A stretch of 64,000 bases of DNA, from the IMG/VR virus record IMGVR_UViG_3300032070_000002, positions 26,230 to 90,229 of that record. One strand, written 5' to 3'. The DNA is from a virus. Each line of letters begins with the position of its first letter. Within the stretch, counting starts at the first letter, position 1. The notes under the pieces are model-generated. The model searched no databases. It saw only the letters and a list, made by a program, of their open reading frames with translations, and was not told where the DNA came from. Of this stretch, positions 18,650-28,857 are shown one piece after another. A program made the position numbers and the translations under genes.

Positions 18650-20497
18650 ATGAAAGATAAAGTATTTGTGCTATTTTCAGGAGGAGTAGATTCAGCGGGA
18701 CTATTATTTAACCTTCTTGAAAAAGGTTTTGAGTGTTTTCCCATATATTTCAAATGGCGGACTTGTAACGTAGCTATAAAAGAAGTAAAAATTATAAATT
18801 GGTTCTATGAAATGTATAAAGATAAATACCCGTTATTTCATAAACCGGAAATTCATTTTGAAAGAGAAATAGCAGAAACAATAGATACTAAAGAAAACAT
18901 TATGAGTAGAAATAGAATATTCCTTAAATGGTTGATAGATAGATGTATTAAAGAAAATATACATAACATAGGAATGGGCGAATACTCTTTTAAAAAAGCA
19001 CCCGATATTTGGCAAGAGAATGATGGCAAAAATTGTTGGATTTATTATTGGGGTCCTCCAAATGTTGATTGTGACGCAAACGACTTACAAGGCTTTATAA
19101 ATAAAAATAATCCTAAGGATTTTAAAATTAAACTTTGGACATTAGACGACTTCGGAATTGCTACCTTTAAACACCATAGAGTAGAAATAGGAAGAAAAGT
19201 TATAGGCTATGATATGTTTAAAACAACTTGCCTTTTAAAAGGTACTCAAATACTGATGGAAAATTACTCAATTAAATTTATTGAAGATATCGTAGTAGGC
19301 GATATTATTTTAGGATTACGGGGAAGTAAACTTATACCTTCTAGAGTTATAAGGTTATTTAAAAGGACTTCTAGCGTAGGCTCTTTAAAATATAATAAAA
19401 AAGAATTATTATCTATTACCGATAATCATAAGATATTACAAGTAGCAAAAGATTCTGAAAAAACGTATGTAATTCCTTCTGAATTAGTGAGTACAATTAG
19501 GGTATACGATATTAATAATAGTCGTTTTTTAGATGATTGGTATACGGGTTGGTTAGCGGGTTATACCGAAGGAGACGGTTGTTTGCGGCAATTACCTAAT
19601 AATTACGTATTAAGTTACCATTCAAAAGATATTCAATTATTAGAATTTGTAAATGGTTGTTTAACTCAATTTGGTATACCTAAATTAAATATTAAAATAT
19701 ATGCTACATATAGAGGGCATAATTTATATAAAATGGCTACCTGGAAAAAATCTACAATAAATAAAGTAAAAGAAGTTATTTCTTTTATAGATACGAAAGA
19801 TTATATGAGAGGCTATTTAGCGGGTATATATGATGCGGAAGGTTCCAATCAAAATACTTGTAAACATATTTGTATAAGTAATTCTAATCCGGTAATACTA
19901 AGTAAAATAGAAAAGTTTTTGAAGTGTTTAAAGTATTCGTATAAAAAGAGGTTAGGGCATCCAAAAGGAACGGGTAATTTATTCAGTAATAACGGTAAAA
20001 GATATTTATCTAAAAGAGATTTATACTTAATTTGTATGCCAAATTATATTAAATTTAATATAGAGTGTAAACCGGTGTTAAAAAGAAAAATTAAATATAC
20101 TTCTACTACTTGGAAATTGAAAGATCGAATTTGCAATTTTAAATACATAAACAATATAAAGGATAATCAAGTTGTTTACAATTTAGAAACAGAAACTGGA
20201 AATTATATAGCAAATGGTATAATTGTACATAATTGTTGCGGTAAAGGAGGAAACGGCCCCGATTGTGGAGGCCTATATCAGCAGGATTATTTATGCGCAG
20301 AAAGACACGTAGCAATGTTAAAAGTTTTTGGATATGACAACACATTTTATTTAAAGGATCCTAAATTTAATCCTTACTTTATTGAGTATTGTGTTCAAAT
20401 GAATTATTTACCGGGTATTCTTTGGACACTTAAAAATAATAAAAAGGCTTTAAGAATTTCAAAATTAAATTTAATTAAAATATTAAAAGAATATTAA
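18650..20497 (+). CDS. queC: Divergent QueC-like PP-loop ATPase with intein
   Basis: VLFSGGVDS, RNRIF, spliced C-terminus TT-CC...DCG......C..R resembling the QueC Zn site. Confidence 0.75.
   Translation: MKDKVFVLFSGGVDSAGLLFNLLEKGFECFPIYFKWRTCNVAIKEVKIINWFYEMYKDKYPLFHKPEIHFEREIAETIDTKENIMSRNRIFLKWLIDRCIKENIHNIGMGEYSFKKAPDIWQENDGKNCWIYYWGPPNVDCDANDLQGFINKNNPKDFKIKLWTLDDFGIATFKHHRVEIGRKVIGYDMFKTTCLLKGTQILMENYSIKFIEDIVVGDIILGLRGSKLIPSRVIRLFKRTSSVGSLKYNKKELLSITDNHKILQVAKDSEKTYVIPSELVSTIRVYDINNSRFLDDWYTGWLAGYTEGDGCLRQLPNNYVLSYHSKDIQLLEFVNGCLTQFGIPKLNIKIYATYRGHNLYKMATWKKSTINKVKEVISFIDTKDYMRGYLAGIYDAEGSNQNTCKHICISNSNPVILSKIEKFLKCLKYSYKKRLGHPKGTGNLFSNNGKRYLSKRDLYLICMPNYIKFNIECKPVLKRKIKYTSTTWKLKDRICNFKYINNIKDNQVVYNLETETGNYIANGIIVHNCCGKGGNGPDCGGLYQQDYLCAERHVAMLKVFGYDNTFYLKDPKFNPYFIEYCVQMNYLPGILWTLKNNKKALRISKLNLIKILKEY
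19229..20233 (+). mobile_element. Intein with LAGLIDADG homing endonuclease (335 aa)
   Basis: N-term CLLKGTQILM, TDNHKI block B, WLAGYTEGDG and YLAGIYDAEG, VYNLET..NYIANGIIVHN|C. Confidence 0.95.
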
Positions 20498-20573
20498 AAT
20501 ATGGATACGTTACTCATAATAATAGTTATCGTAATAATTTTTGTAGTAGCTACTTATCCTAGAAGGAGTAAAA

Positions 20574-20822
20574 ATGAAAATAAATAGTTTTGACGAAAAA
20601 GAATTAAGAAAGTTTACAAAATGGGTTATTGAAGGAAATAGATTAGGAAAGAAAAAATATGCTAAGGATAACTTTACTAGGGATAATATGTTTGAGTACC
20701 TCTACTCTGAATTACGAGATAGCGTAAACTATTTATTCTTCTTATATTTAAAGATTAAATTATTAGAAAAGAATATAATAAAATATTTACCCGAAGTTAA
20801 GGGCGTAAAAAAATTAAGATGA
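20574..20822 (+). CDS. Putative MazG-like NTP pyrophosphohydrolase
   Basis: G.KKY..DN...ELRDSVNY; near dUTPase. Confidence 0.45.
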   Translation: MKINSFDEKELRKFTKWVIEGNRLGKKKYAKDNFTRDNMFEYLYSELRDSVNYLFFLYLKIKLLEKNIIKYLPEVKGVKKLR

Positions 20823-21064
20823 AAACTGAATATAAATATATTCAATTTGATTTAGTAGAACAAGATGAAACAAAGAAGACTCAAGCATATACCGTAAGAA
20901 ACATAAGTCTTCAGATAATATTAGGTTATATAAAACGGTATGGCGCTTGGAGACAATATTGTTTCTTTCCAATGATAGGAACAATCTATGGCGAAGGATG
21001 TTTAAAAGATGTTGCAGATTTTGTAAAACAATTAATGGAAGATAGGAAGAAGGGAGGAACTTAA

Positions 21065-21511
21065 ATGTTTACTAATATAAGATTCCAAGGATTCTTAAAA
21101 TATAAAAAAGTAGTTTCCGATGCAAAAATTGATATGCCGGTATTTAGAGGAGATGTAGGATATGATATTCATTCTATAGAAGACAAACTAATAAAAGCTA
21201 AAAGTTCTGAAATCGTAAGAACCGGTTTAGCTTTTGAAGTTAGTGAGGATTATTGGTTAGAATTAAGAACTAGAAGCGGCCACGGAGTAAAAAATTGTTT
21301 ACAAATTCATATGGGAACCATTGATTCGGGATATAGAGAAGAGGTAACTATAAAAATATATAACCACGGTAATCAGGATTATCAAATAAAGAAAGGAGAT
21401 AAAATTTGTCAATTAGTTATTCACCCGAGAATTGTTTTACCCGCTAAAGAAGAAAAATATTTAAAGTCCTCGGATAGAGGTTTAAAGGGATTAGGGTCTA
21501 CGGGAGGATAA
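21065..21511 (+). CDS. dut: Trimeric dUTPase
   Basis: GYDI, TGL, RSG, GTIDSGYR, GDKICQLV, RG.KGLGSTG. Confidence 0.93.
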   Translation: MFTNIRFQGFLKYKKVVSDAKIDMPVFRGDVGYDIHSIEDKLIKAKSSEIVRTGLAFEVSEDYWLELRTRSGHGVKNCLQIHMGTIDSGYREEVTIKIYNHGNQDYQIKKGDKICQLVIHPRIVLPAKEEKYLKSSDRGLKGLGSTGG

Positions 21512-21512
21512 A

Positions 21513-22007
21513 ATGAAGAAAGTATTAACCGTAATGGTAGGTAATATAGGCTCGGGTAAATCAACAATAATAAAGAAATTAAGGTTACTTCCGCCCGGCT
21601 ATGTAGTAATTTGCAGAGATAGTTTAAGATATATGATAGGCGGCGGCGATTATGTTTTTAATCCAAAGTTAGAGCCAACCATATTTAGGTCAGAAAAAAG
21701 TATTTTAGAAAACTTTATGGAACAATGTGAAAATGTAATAGTAGATGAAGTAGGAATAAGTAAAAGTATGAGAAGGCCGTATATAGATTTAGCGATAGAT
21801 TATGGTTATCAAGCAGTAGCAATTGTAATGCCTAAGTTAACTATGGAAGAATCTGTAAATAGAAGAATGAATAAACCCCACGGTACTCCTAGAAAAACGT
21901 GGTATGAAGTTTGGAAAAAGTTTGACGAGTTATATGAAGAACCTACTAAAAGAGAAGGATTTAGAGATATAATTAAAATAGGAAGAGAAGAAGTAGGGTT
22001 AAAATGA
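21513..22007 (+). CDS. AAA_33 / polynucleotide-kinase-like P-loop kinase
   Basis: GNIGSGKST, CRDSLR, VIVDE, R...R lid. Confidence 0.8.
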   Translation: MKKVLTVMVGNIGSGKSTIIKKLRLLPPGYVVICRDSLRYMIGGGDYVFNPKLEPTIFRSEKSILENFMEQCENVIVDEVGISKSMRRPYIDLAIDYGYQAVAIVMPKLTMEESVNRRMNKPHGTPRKTWYEVWKKFDELYEEPTKREGFRDIIKIGREEVGLK

Positions 22008-22158
22008 ATTTAAACGAACAATTATTACAAGAGGTACAAATTTCTATAGATAAAGTAAATCATATTATGGCGGATGATGAACTTACTCCTTCCGCTAAAC
22101 AGTTTCTTTTAAAAGAAGAATTTAAAAAACAAAGAAACTTAAGTAAGATGAGAGAAGA

Positions 22159-25100
22159 ATGGAACAAGACATAAAACCGGATAATTGTATTAAGTGCGGC
22201 CTTTGGAAGACTAGTTGTGTAGTAAACTATCAAGGACAATTCTTTGCATATAGAGTTATGGGAACCGGTCCTCAAAATGCTAAAGTTATATTTATAGGAG
22301 AAGCTTTAGGACAAGCCGAAACAATTAATCAAAAACCGTTTGTAGGAGATGCGGGCGATACTCTAAATATCGCCTTAAAAGAAGCTAATATAAATAGGGA
22401 AGACGTTTATATAACAAATACTTGTAAGTGTTTTTACAGTCCTAATGTATTAGTATTTACTTCAAAAGGATGGAAAATGCTTGGAAAGATACGTAAGGAC
22501 GATTTAGTATTAACTCATAAAGGACGATTTAGAAGAGTTATAGCCCCTTTAAAAATAAAGGTACATCCGGACACTACTTTTTTTACTTGTTATCTTAAGT
22601 CTAACGGCGGTAATCCCTATAAAATTACCGTTACCGGAGATCATAAATTTTTAACAAATAAGGAATGGACTAAAGTTAGCGACTTACGAATAGGGGATAG
22701 GGTAAGAGTTCTTGCACAAAAATGTATTCAATGCGGTTCCTTATTTTATTCGGATTATAGGCAAACTCAACTTTGCTCCTTAGAATGTACTAAGAAATGG
22801 AACGGTATTAGAGGTGCCCGTCAAAACAGAGTTCAAAATATTAGAGATAATATTTCTAAAAGTATGAAAGAATTATATAAAAAAGGAATAAGAAACGGAT
22901 TTAAAGATACTATTAATTTTCGTAGAAAATTAGACGGTAGCTTAAATGTTATAGGTAGAAACGGGGTAGGCGAAAAAGAACTATACGAATTATTAACTAA
23001 GAATAGGTACGAAGTAAAGCGCCAAAAATTAATAGCGGATAGATATTTTGCAGATTTTTATTTACCTAAATTGAATATAGTAATAGAGGTGTGGAATAGT
23101 AGTTATAGAAGTATGATAGATAAAAGAATATGGTATGAACAAAGAGGTTATAAATTTTTAGATTATCATTATTCAATAATTTTTAGATATCCGGAAGTAA
23201 TTTTAACGGAAATTAGAAATTTAGAAAAAAATGATAATCACGAATTTAACTTTATAGATACCTTATTAATAGATAAAAAAGGGATTACGCCGAGACGAAA
23301 AAGCGTATTTTCTTTATCGGTAGTAGAAGACGAATCTTTTATAGCAGGGGGTTTAGTTTCGCATAACTGTCGTCCTCCTGAAAATAGGCCGCCTAAAACA
23401 ATGGAAATAAAATGCTGTCTTCCTTTTTTATTAGAAGAAATTAGAAATATAAGCCCAAAAATTATATGTACTTTAGGAAGTGTAGCGTTAGAAGCAATAT
23501 TAAAACGTAAAGGAATATCAAATATTAGAGGTAATATATACGAAACCGAAATAGAGGGATTAAAAGTTAAAGTTATTCCTACCTATCATCCGGCCTATGT
23601 TTTAAGACGTCCCGAATATCCTAATTTAAAAGTAGACTTTCATAAAGATATAAAGTTAGTTAAAGAAGTAAGCGATAATTTAGATTATAAAAAAGAAAAG
23701 CTTCCTACCTATTACTGTACTACTCCTAAGGTAGAAGATATTTTAATATATATAGATAAAATTAAAAAAGTAGGCTTATTTGGGTACGATATAGAAACGG
23801 AAGGTTTTAACTTTTTAAAAGATAGAATCATATCTATAGCCTTAAGTTGCGTCGTACAAGAAGCTATAGCTTTTTATTTGATAGATTATACCCCGGATGA
23901 ACAAGATAAAATATTTGCGGGATTAAAAGAAATATTAGAATCAAAAGAACTTCTTAAAATAGGTCAAAATTTAAAATTTGATAATAAGTTTTTTAAAACA
24001 TACGGTATTGAAGTTAAACTACCCTTATTTGATACTATGTTAGCACATTTTTTAATAGACGAAAATAGTTCTCACGGTTTAAAAGATTTAGCTTATAAAT
24101 ATACGGATATGGGTGGATATGAAGAAAACTTTGAAAATATATTTAAAGAATTAAAAGGTAAAATGAAAAAAGATTTAATAGAAAGTTTAAAAGAAACAAA
24201 GAAAAACTCTTTAGAAGTATATACTAAATTATTACAAGAAGGATTAGAAAAGATAGATAATTTTTCTATAGTACCTAAAGAAGTTTTATTACCGTATAAC
24301 GCCTCTGATGTTGATTGTACTTTAAGGATTTATTATGCATTAAAAGATTTAATAGAAAAAGAAGAATTGACTAAAGTATACTATTATATTATGATACCTT
24401 TACTAATAGTATTAACGGAAACGGAATATAGCGGTATTCAAATAGATACTAACTACCTTAATATTTTATCAAAAGATTTACAAGATAGAATAGAAGATAT
24501 ACAATTTCAAATAAATAGTAGGCCGGAAATAAAAAAAGTAGAAGAACTTTTACCTAGTTTAATTAAAAGTAAAAAAATAGAAGATATTAAATTTAATATT
24601 AATTCTCCTAAACACCTTCAAGTCTTATTGTATAAAGTTTGTAATTTACAACCTATTAAACAAATAAAAACCGGTTATTCAACGGATGAGGCTACTTTAA
24701 AAACATTACAAGAAAAAAGTGAAATAGTAAAGTTAATTATGCAATATAGAACGATCAATCACGATTTTACTACGTATGTAGAACAATTAAGAAGTAGTTT
24801 AGATGAAAACGGAAAATGTCATACGGATTATATGCAACACGGCGCTGTTAGCGGTAGAGTAATTTCTCATAAACCTAACTTACAAAATATTCCTAGGGAT
24901 TCTAATATTAAAAAATTATTTATACCGGATAAAGGGTGCGTAATAATATCTGCGGACTATGCTCAAATTGAGTACAAAGTATGGGCTAACTATTCTAATG
25001 ATCCTCAAATGTTAGAGGATATTAGAAATGGGTTAGATATCCATTCGGAAGTTTGTTGTTTAGTGTGGCCTCACTTATATAAAAAAGTAGGCGACAAACA

Positions 25101-25746
25101 ATATTTACATATTCTTACGGGAGAAATAAAAAGTAAAGTAAGCGCGGAACATAGAGTAAAAGCTAAACAAGTGGTATTTGGATTAATATACGGTAGAGGA
25201 ATACCTAGTTTAGTAAAGGATTTAGGAATAACGGAATTAGAAGCTATAGCAATTGTTAATTACGTGTTAGGAAAATATCCTAAAGCTAAATTATGGCTAG
25301 AAAATCAAAAGAAGGATGTAAAGAAGTATAAACGAGTAAAAGATTTATTTGGTAGAATTAGAAGGTTACCGGAAATAGATAGTAAGGATAATGAAAGAGT
25401 AGCAGAAGTTATTAGACAATGTTGTAACGCACCTGTTCAAGGCGGCGCAGCGGATATTACTAGTATAGCTACTATTAGAGTATATAACTTAATTAAAAAA
25501 TTAGAAATGTTAATGAGATTAATTTTAACTATACACGATTCTTTAAAATATTCTACACCAGTAAAAGAAATAGATAAGGGTATAGAATGTATGAAAAAAG
25601 GAATGTGTTCTAGCATTCCGGGAGTAACTTTTCCGCTAGAAATAGAAATAGAGATAGGACCAAATTGGTATGATTTAATTTCTTTAGAAGAATTTAATAA
25701 AGATAGAAATAAATACTTAAAGGAATGGAACTTACTTGAAGTATAA
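22159..25746 (+). CDS. polA: Family-4 UDG - 3'-5' exonuclease - DNA polymerase A fusion with intein
   Basis: UDG: CxxC, IGEALG, PFVG, KC|RPPENR, TYHPA; exo: DIETEG, NLKFD, YNASD; pol: PNLQNIP, DYAQIE, KQVVFGLIYG, HDS. Confidence 0.95.
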   Translation: MEQDIKPDNCIKCGLWKTSCVVNYQGQFFAYRVMGTGPQNAKVIFIGEALGQAETINQKPFVGDAGDTLNIALKEANINREDVYITNTCKCFYSPNVLVFTSKGWKMLGKIRKDDLVLTHKGRFRRVIAPLKIKVHPDTTFFTCYLKSNGGNPYKITVTGDHKFLTNKEWTKVSDLRIGDRVRVLAQKCIQCGSLFYSDYRQTQLCSLECTKKWNGIRGARQNRVQNIRDNISKSMKELYKKGIRNGFKDTINFRRKLDGSLNVIGRNGVGEKELYELLTKNRYEVKRQKLIADRYFADFYLPKLNIVIEVWNSSYRSMIDKRIWYEQRGYKFLDYHYSIIFRYPEVILTEIRNLEKNDNHEFNFIDTLLIDKKGITPRRKSVFSLSVVEDESFIAGGLVSHNCRPPENRPPKTMEIKCCLPFLLEEIRNISPKIICTLGSVALEAILKRKGISNIRGNIYETEIEGLKVKVIPTYHPAYVLRRPEYPNLKVDFHKDIKLVKEVSDNLDYKKEKLPTYYCTTPKVEDILIYIDKIKKVGLFGYDIETEGFNFLKDRIISIALSCVVQEAIAFYLIDYTPDEQDKIFAGLKEILESKELLKIGQNLKFDNKFFKTYGIEVKLPLFDTMLAHFLIDENSSHGLKDLAYKYTDMGGYEENFENIFKELKGKMKKDLIESLKETKKNSLEVYTKLLQEGLEKIDNFSIVPKEVLLPYNASDVDCTLRIYYALKDLIEKEELTKVYYYIMIPLLIVLTETEYSGIQIDTNYLNILSKDLQDRIEDIQFQINSRPEIKKVEELLPSLIKSKKIEDIKFNINSPKHLQVLLYKVCNLQPIKQIKTGYSTDEATLKTLQEKSEIVKLIMQYRTINHDFTTYVEQLRSSLDENGKCHTDYMQHGAVSGRVISHKPNLQNIPRDSNIKKLFIPDKGCVIISADYAQIEYKVWANYSNDPQMLEDIRNGLDIHSEVCCLVWPHLYKKVGDKQYLHILTGEIKSKVSAEHRVKAKQVVFGLIYGRGIPSLVKDLGITELEAIAIVNYVLGKYPKAKLWLENQKKDVKKYKRVKDLFGRIRRLPEIDSKDNERVAEVIRQCCNAPVQGGAADITSIATIRVYNLIKKLEMLMRLILTIHDSLKYSTPVKEIDKGIECMKKGMCSSIPGVTFPLEIEIEIGPNWYDLISLEEFNKDRNKYLKEWNLLEV
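22429..23367 (+). mobile_element. Intein in UDG domain with DUF559/Vsr-like endonuclease (313 aa)
   Basis: CFYSPNVLVFTSKGWK, TGDHKF, E..L...RQ....ADFYLPKLNIVIEV, SFIAGGLVSHN|C. Confidence 0.92.
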
Positions 25747-26175
25747 TTATAATAGAATGAAAATTAAAAAGTGTATAAGAGAACTAGTTTGTCTTCTACT
25801 TTTATTTGGACACGAATATATTAAGCGTGGTAATCAATACGGTACTCAGTTAATTTGTAGAAAGTGCGATAAAAATTTAGGGAGAGTATAGAGTGGAAAA
25901 TATAGGTATAAGTACTACAATTCAATTAGTATGTGATAAATTAGATATTCCCTATACTTCTCCTAATCCTAGTCATTTTCAATTCTATAAAGACGCTAGT
26001 AGAGTATATAGGATAATAGAAGAATTAAAAATAATAGAAACGGAATTAAGCGAAATAGAGAAAAGACATAAAATAAGTGGACTATCAAAAGCAATAGAAG
26101 TATGTAGAAATCAATTACATAATACGGAACACGACTTAGTTAAATTAACAAGAGATATATTAAAGGAGAAGAAAA

Positions 26176-26580
26176 ATGGAACAATACGACTTAGATCCTC
26201 AAGTAAAAGAAGTAATAGATAAAATAGAAGAAATAGGCAAAGCTTTAAGAACAGATGCAATATCTAAAAGTTTTAGTCCTAGAGCAGAATATTTAAAAAT
26301 GTTAGATATAGCAACCGGTTGTTATATGTTTCTTGCTCCAGAGTACAAAAGGTACCGTGCTATAAAAGAAAATAATGAGGTTGCAAAATATGTAACCCTT
26401 AAAAACGAACAAATTACTAAATTTGTTTCTGCTTCTGCAGAACGAGAAGCTAGTACTTTCGTATCTAAGGAAAGATATATAAGAGATGTATTAGAGGGTT
26501 GGTTAATGGCTGCAGAGCAGGCAATTTATACACTAAAGAAACATTTAGGTGACGATAAAAAAGAAGAGAGCCTTTCTTAA
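26176..26580 (+). CDS. Helical protein, possible recombination mediator
   Basis: All-alpha ~130 aa directly upstream of SSB; positional inference only. Confidence 0.3.
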   Translation: MEQYDLDPQVKEVIDKIEEIGKALRTDAISKSFSPRAEYLKMLDIATGCYMFLAPEYKRYRAIKENNEVAKYVTLKNEQITKFVSASAEREASTFVSKERYIRDVLEGWLMAAEQAIYTLKKHLGDDKKEESLS

Positions 26581-26591
26581 AGGAGGAACAA

Positions 26592-27191
26592 ATGGACGAA
26601 CACGGTTGGAAAGATAGCGAACAAGAGCAGGGTATTTTTAGCGGAGAATATGGAAATATATTAAAGCTAAAAATGGTAGAAAAAACTTATACTATTAGAA
26701 TTTTAGGAAAGTATAAGTTTTTCAGATTTCATTGGTTTCAAAATATTCAACGTTCTGCAATTTGTGATAGTGTTAACTGTCCTATATGCGCACAAGGTAG
26801 TAAAGGTCAATTGAAGTATGTTGTAAACATTATAGACAGAGCAGACGGTAAAGTAAAGTTATGGGAATTCGGAAGACGCGTAAAAACAGCTATTGAAAGT
26901 ATAGCAGATTTATATGGGACACCGGATAAATACGATTTAATTGTAACAAGAAAAGGAATGAAGCAAGATGATACCGTTTATACAATTATTCCTGCAAGAG
27001 AAGAAAAAGCTTTAACAGAAGAAGAGCAAAAGTTAGTAAAATTTGATTTAGATAAACTTTATATTGCAACGCCTAAAGAAAAAGTAGATGCTTATTTAAA
27101 AGGTATAGTGCCGCCTAGAACCGAAAAAAAAGTGGAGCCGGCAATAGAACCCGACCATAGTAGTGATTCTGATTTACCGACTTTAGGATAA
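26592..27191 (+). CDS. Single-stranded DNA-binding protein (gp32-like)
   Basis: IRIL...HW...C....CPIC, NIIDR..G.VK, YDL.V.RKG...T.Y, acidic tail DSDLP. Confidence 0.8.
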   Translation: MDEHGWKDSEQEQGIFSGEYGNILKLKMVEKTYTIRILGKYKFFRFHWFQNIQRSAICDSVNCPICAQGSKGQLKYVVNIIDRADGKVKLWEFGRRVKTAIESIADLYGTPDKYDLIVTRKGMKQDDTVYTIIPAREEKALTEEEQKLVKFDLDKLYIATPKEKVDAYLKGIVPPRTEKKVEPAIEPDHSSDSDLPTLG

Positions 27192-27219
27192 ATAACTATT
27201 TAGTAGTTCGTTAATAAAA

Positions 27220-27828
27220 ATGCAAACTATAAAAATTGAAGAAGTAGAAAAACTCCTCAGCAAAAAAATAAGAAAAGAAGCTATTTCAATAGGTTTTGAT
27301 GTAGCTGAGGAGTTTACGGGTGTTTGTATTTTAAAAACAGACAATGATAATATTTATATTGAGGATTTACAAAAAATAGTAACAAATAAAAAAGACGATA
27401 TTAAACATAGGATAGACTATTTTATAGATGCTTTAAAAAAGTTTAAACAAGATTTAGAGAAATATAAAGATAATTATAAAATAGTAATAGTAGAACAACC
27501 GTGGCTTGGATTAAATCCAAAGGTTTTTGAAGCGTTAGTTACTTTTAAAACATTAACATATGTCTCTTTTAAAAAGGAGTGTGATTATATTGATTTTGTT
27601 TCTGCTTCAACTGCTAGAGCAGAAATAGCCTTTAATAAAAATAAACAAATAGAAGTAGGTAATGTAGTAATAGAAAAAATTAGTAGGGGTAAAAATAAAG
27701 GAAAACCTAAAAAAGTAGACATTAAAAAGTTAGTTAAGGATTATTTAAAAACCGCTCTTAGTATTGAAATAGAAGATAGTGATAAAGCGGATGGTTTTGT
27801 TTTAGCCTTATACGGGTTATTGAAGTAA
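27220..27828 (+). CDS. RuvC-like Holliday junction resolvase
   Basis: IGFDV....TG, VIVEQP, D.ADG. Confidence 0.75.
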   Translation: MQTIKIEEVEKLLSKKIRKEAISIGFDVAEEFTGVCILKTDNDNIYIEDLQKIVTNKKDDIKHRIDYFIDALKKFKQDLEKYKDNYKIVIVEQPWLGLNPKVFEALVTFKTLTYVSFKKECDYIDFVSASTARAEIAFNKNKQIEVGNVVIEKISRGKNKGKPKKVDIKKLVKDYLKTALSIEIEDSDKADGFVLALYGLLK

Positions 27829-27837
27829 GGAGATTAA

Positions 27838-28857
27838 ATGGAAGAAAAAGAAAATACTAATAATGTTGTAAAGGCCCTTAATAAGATGTTCGGAAAAACG
27901 ATAATACAGCCTGCTAGTCAAATGAAGGGATTAGAGATAGAAAGAACACTTACCGGCATTATTCCTTTAGATATAGAAATGGGCGGCGGTTTACCGAGAG
28001 GTAGAATGGTAGAAATATACGGCCCGGAAAGTTCTGCAAAAACTTATATATGTTTATGTTCTGTTGCAAACGAGCAAAAACTATTTAAAAAGCCTTGTTT
28101 GTGGATCGATCAGGAAGGCGTTTTCGATCCGGTCTGGTCTCAAAAAGTAGGCGTAAACTTAGACTTGTTAGATATTGCTAAACCGGAAACGGCAGAACAA
28201 GCGGGAACAATATTAGATTCCGCTACTCGGTCGGGAGATTATGCAATAATTGTGTTAGATTCCGTCGCTGCTATGTTACCCGAAGAAGATTTAGATAAAT
28301 CTATGGATGATGCAGAAAGAATAGGTAATAGGGCAATGGTAAATAATAGAATAGTAAGAAAATTACAATCTGCTTTAAATACTAGGGAAGATGACTCTAT
28401 ACCAAACGGAACAATAGTTTTATTTATTAATCAAATAAGAATGAAAATAGGACAATATGGAAACCCGGAAGATACGCCGGGCGGTAAAGGTATTAGATTT
28501 ATGGCTTCAATTAGGTTAGAATTACGTCGCGGTGATTTAATTAAAGAAAAAGAAGAGGGCGAGGATATAGTAACTGCGGTAACTATAAAATTTAAAACAG
28601 TTAAAAACAAAACGTTTACGCCATTTAGAACAGGTCAATTTATTCTAAATACCTTAGGAGATAAAGCGGGTACTATAGATATTTCTGAATCAATAATTAG
28701 ATATGCAATTTTATCCGGAGTAATAAAACACGAGGGTCACTCTTATTATATAGGTGACGATAAGGTATTAGGAATAGAAAATCTAAAACAATATTTAAAT
28801 GAAAAGCCGGAATTAATAAGTAAACTTTATGAAGAAGTAAAAAAGGTATACAAATGA
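27838..28857 (+). CDS. recA: RecA/UvsX recombinase
   Basis: GGGLPRGRMVEIYGPESSAKT, VLDSVAA, FINQIR.KIG..GNPE.TPGG, KNK. Confidence 0.95.
   Translation: MEEKENTNNVVKALNKMFGKTIIQPASQMKGLEIERTLTGIIPLDIEMGGGLPRGRMVEIYGPESSAKTYICLCSVANEQKLFKKPCLWIDQEGVFDPVWSQKVGVNLDLLDIAKPETAEQAGTILDSATRSGDYAIIVLDSVAAMLPEEDLDKSMDDAERIGNRAMVNNRIVRKLQSALNTREDDSIPNGTIVLFINQIRMKIGQYGNPEDTPGGKGIRFMASIRLELRRGDLIKEKEEGEDIVTAVTIKFKTVKNKTFTPFRTGQFILNTLGDKAGTIDISESIIRYAILSGVIKHEGHSYYIGDDKVLGIENLKQYLNEKPELISKLYEEVKKVYK

Noticed and set aside
28021-28044. RecA Walker A GPESSAKT (G to A) as an inactive recombinase
   Set aside because: Single conservative change with Lys-Thr and all other motifs intact
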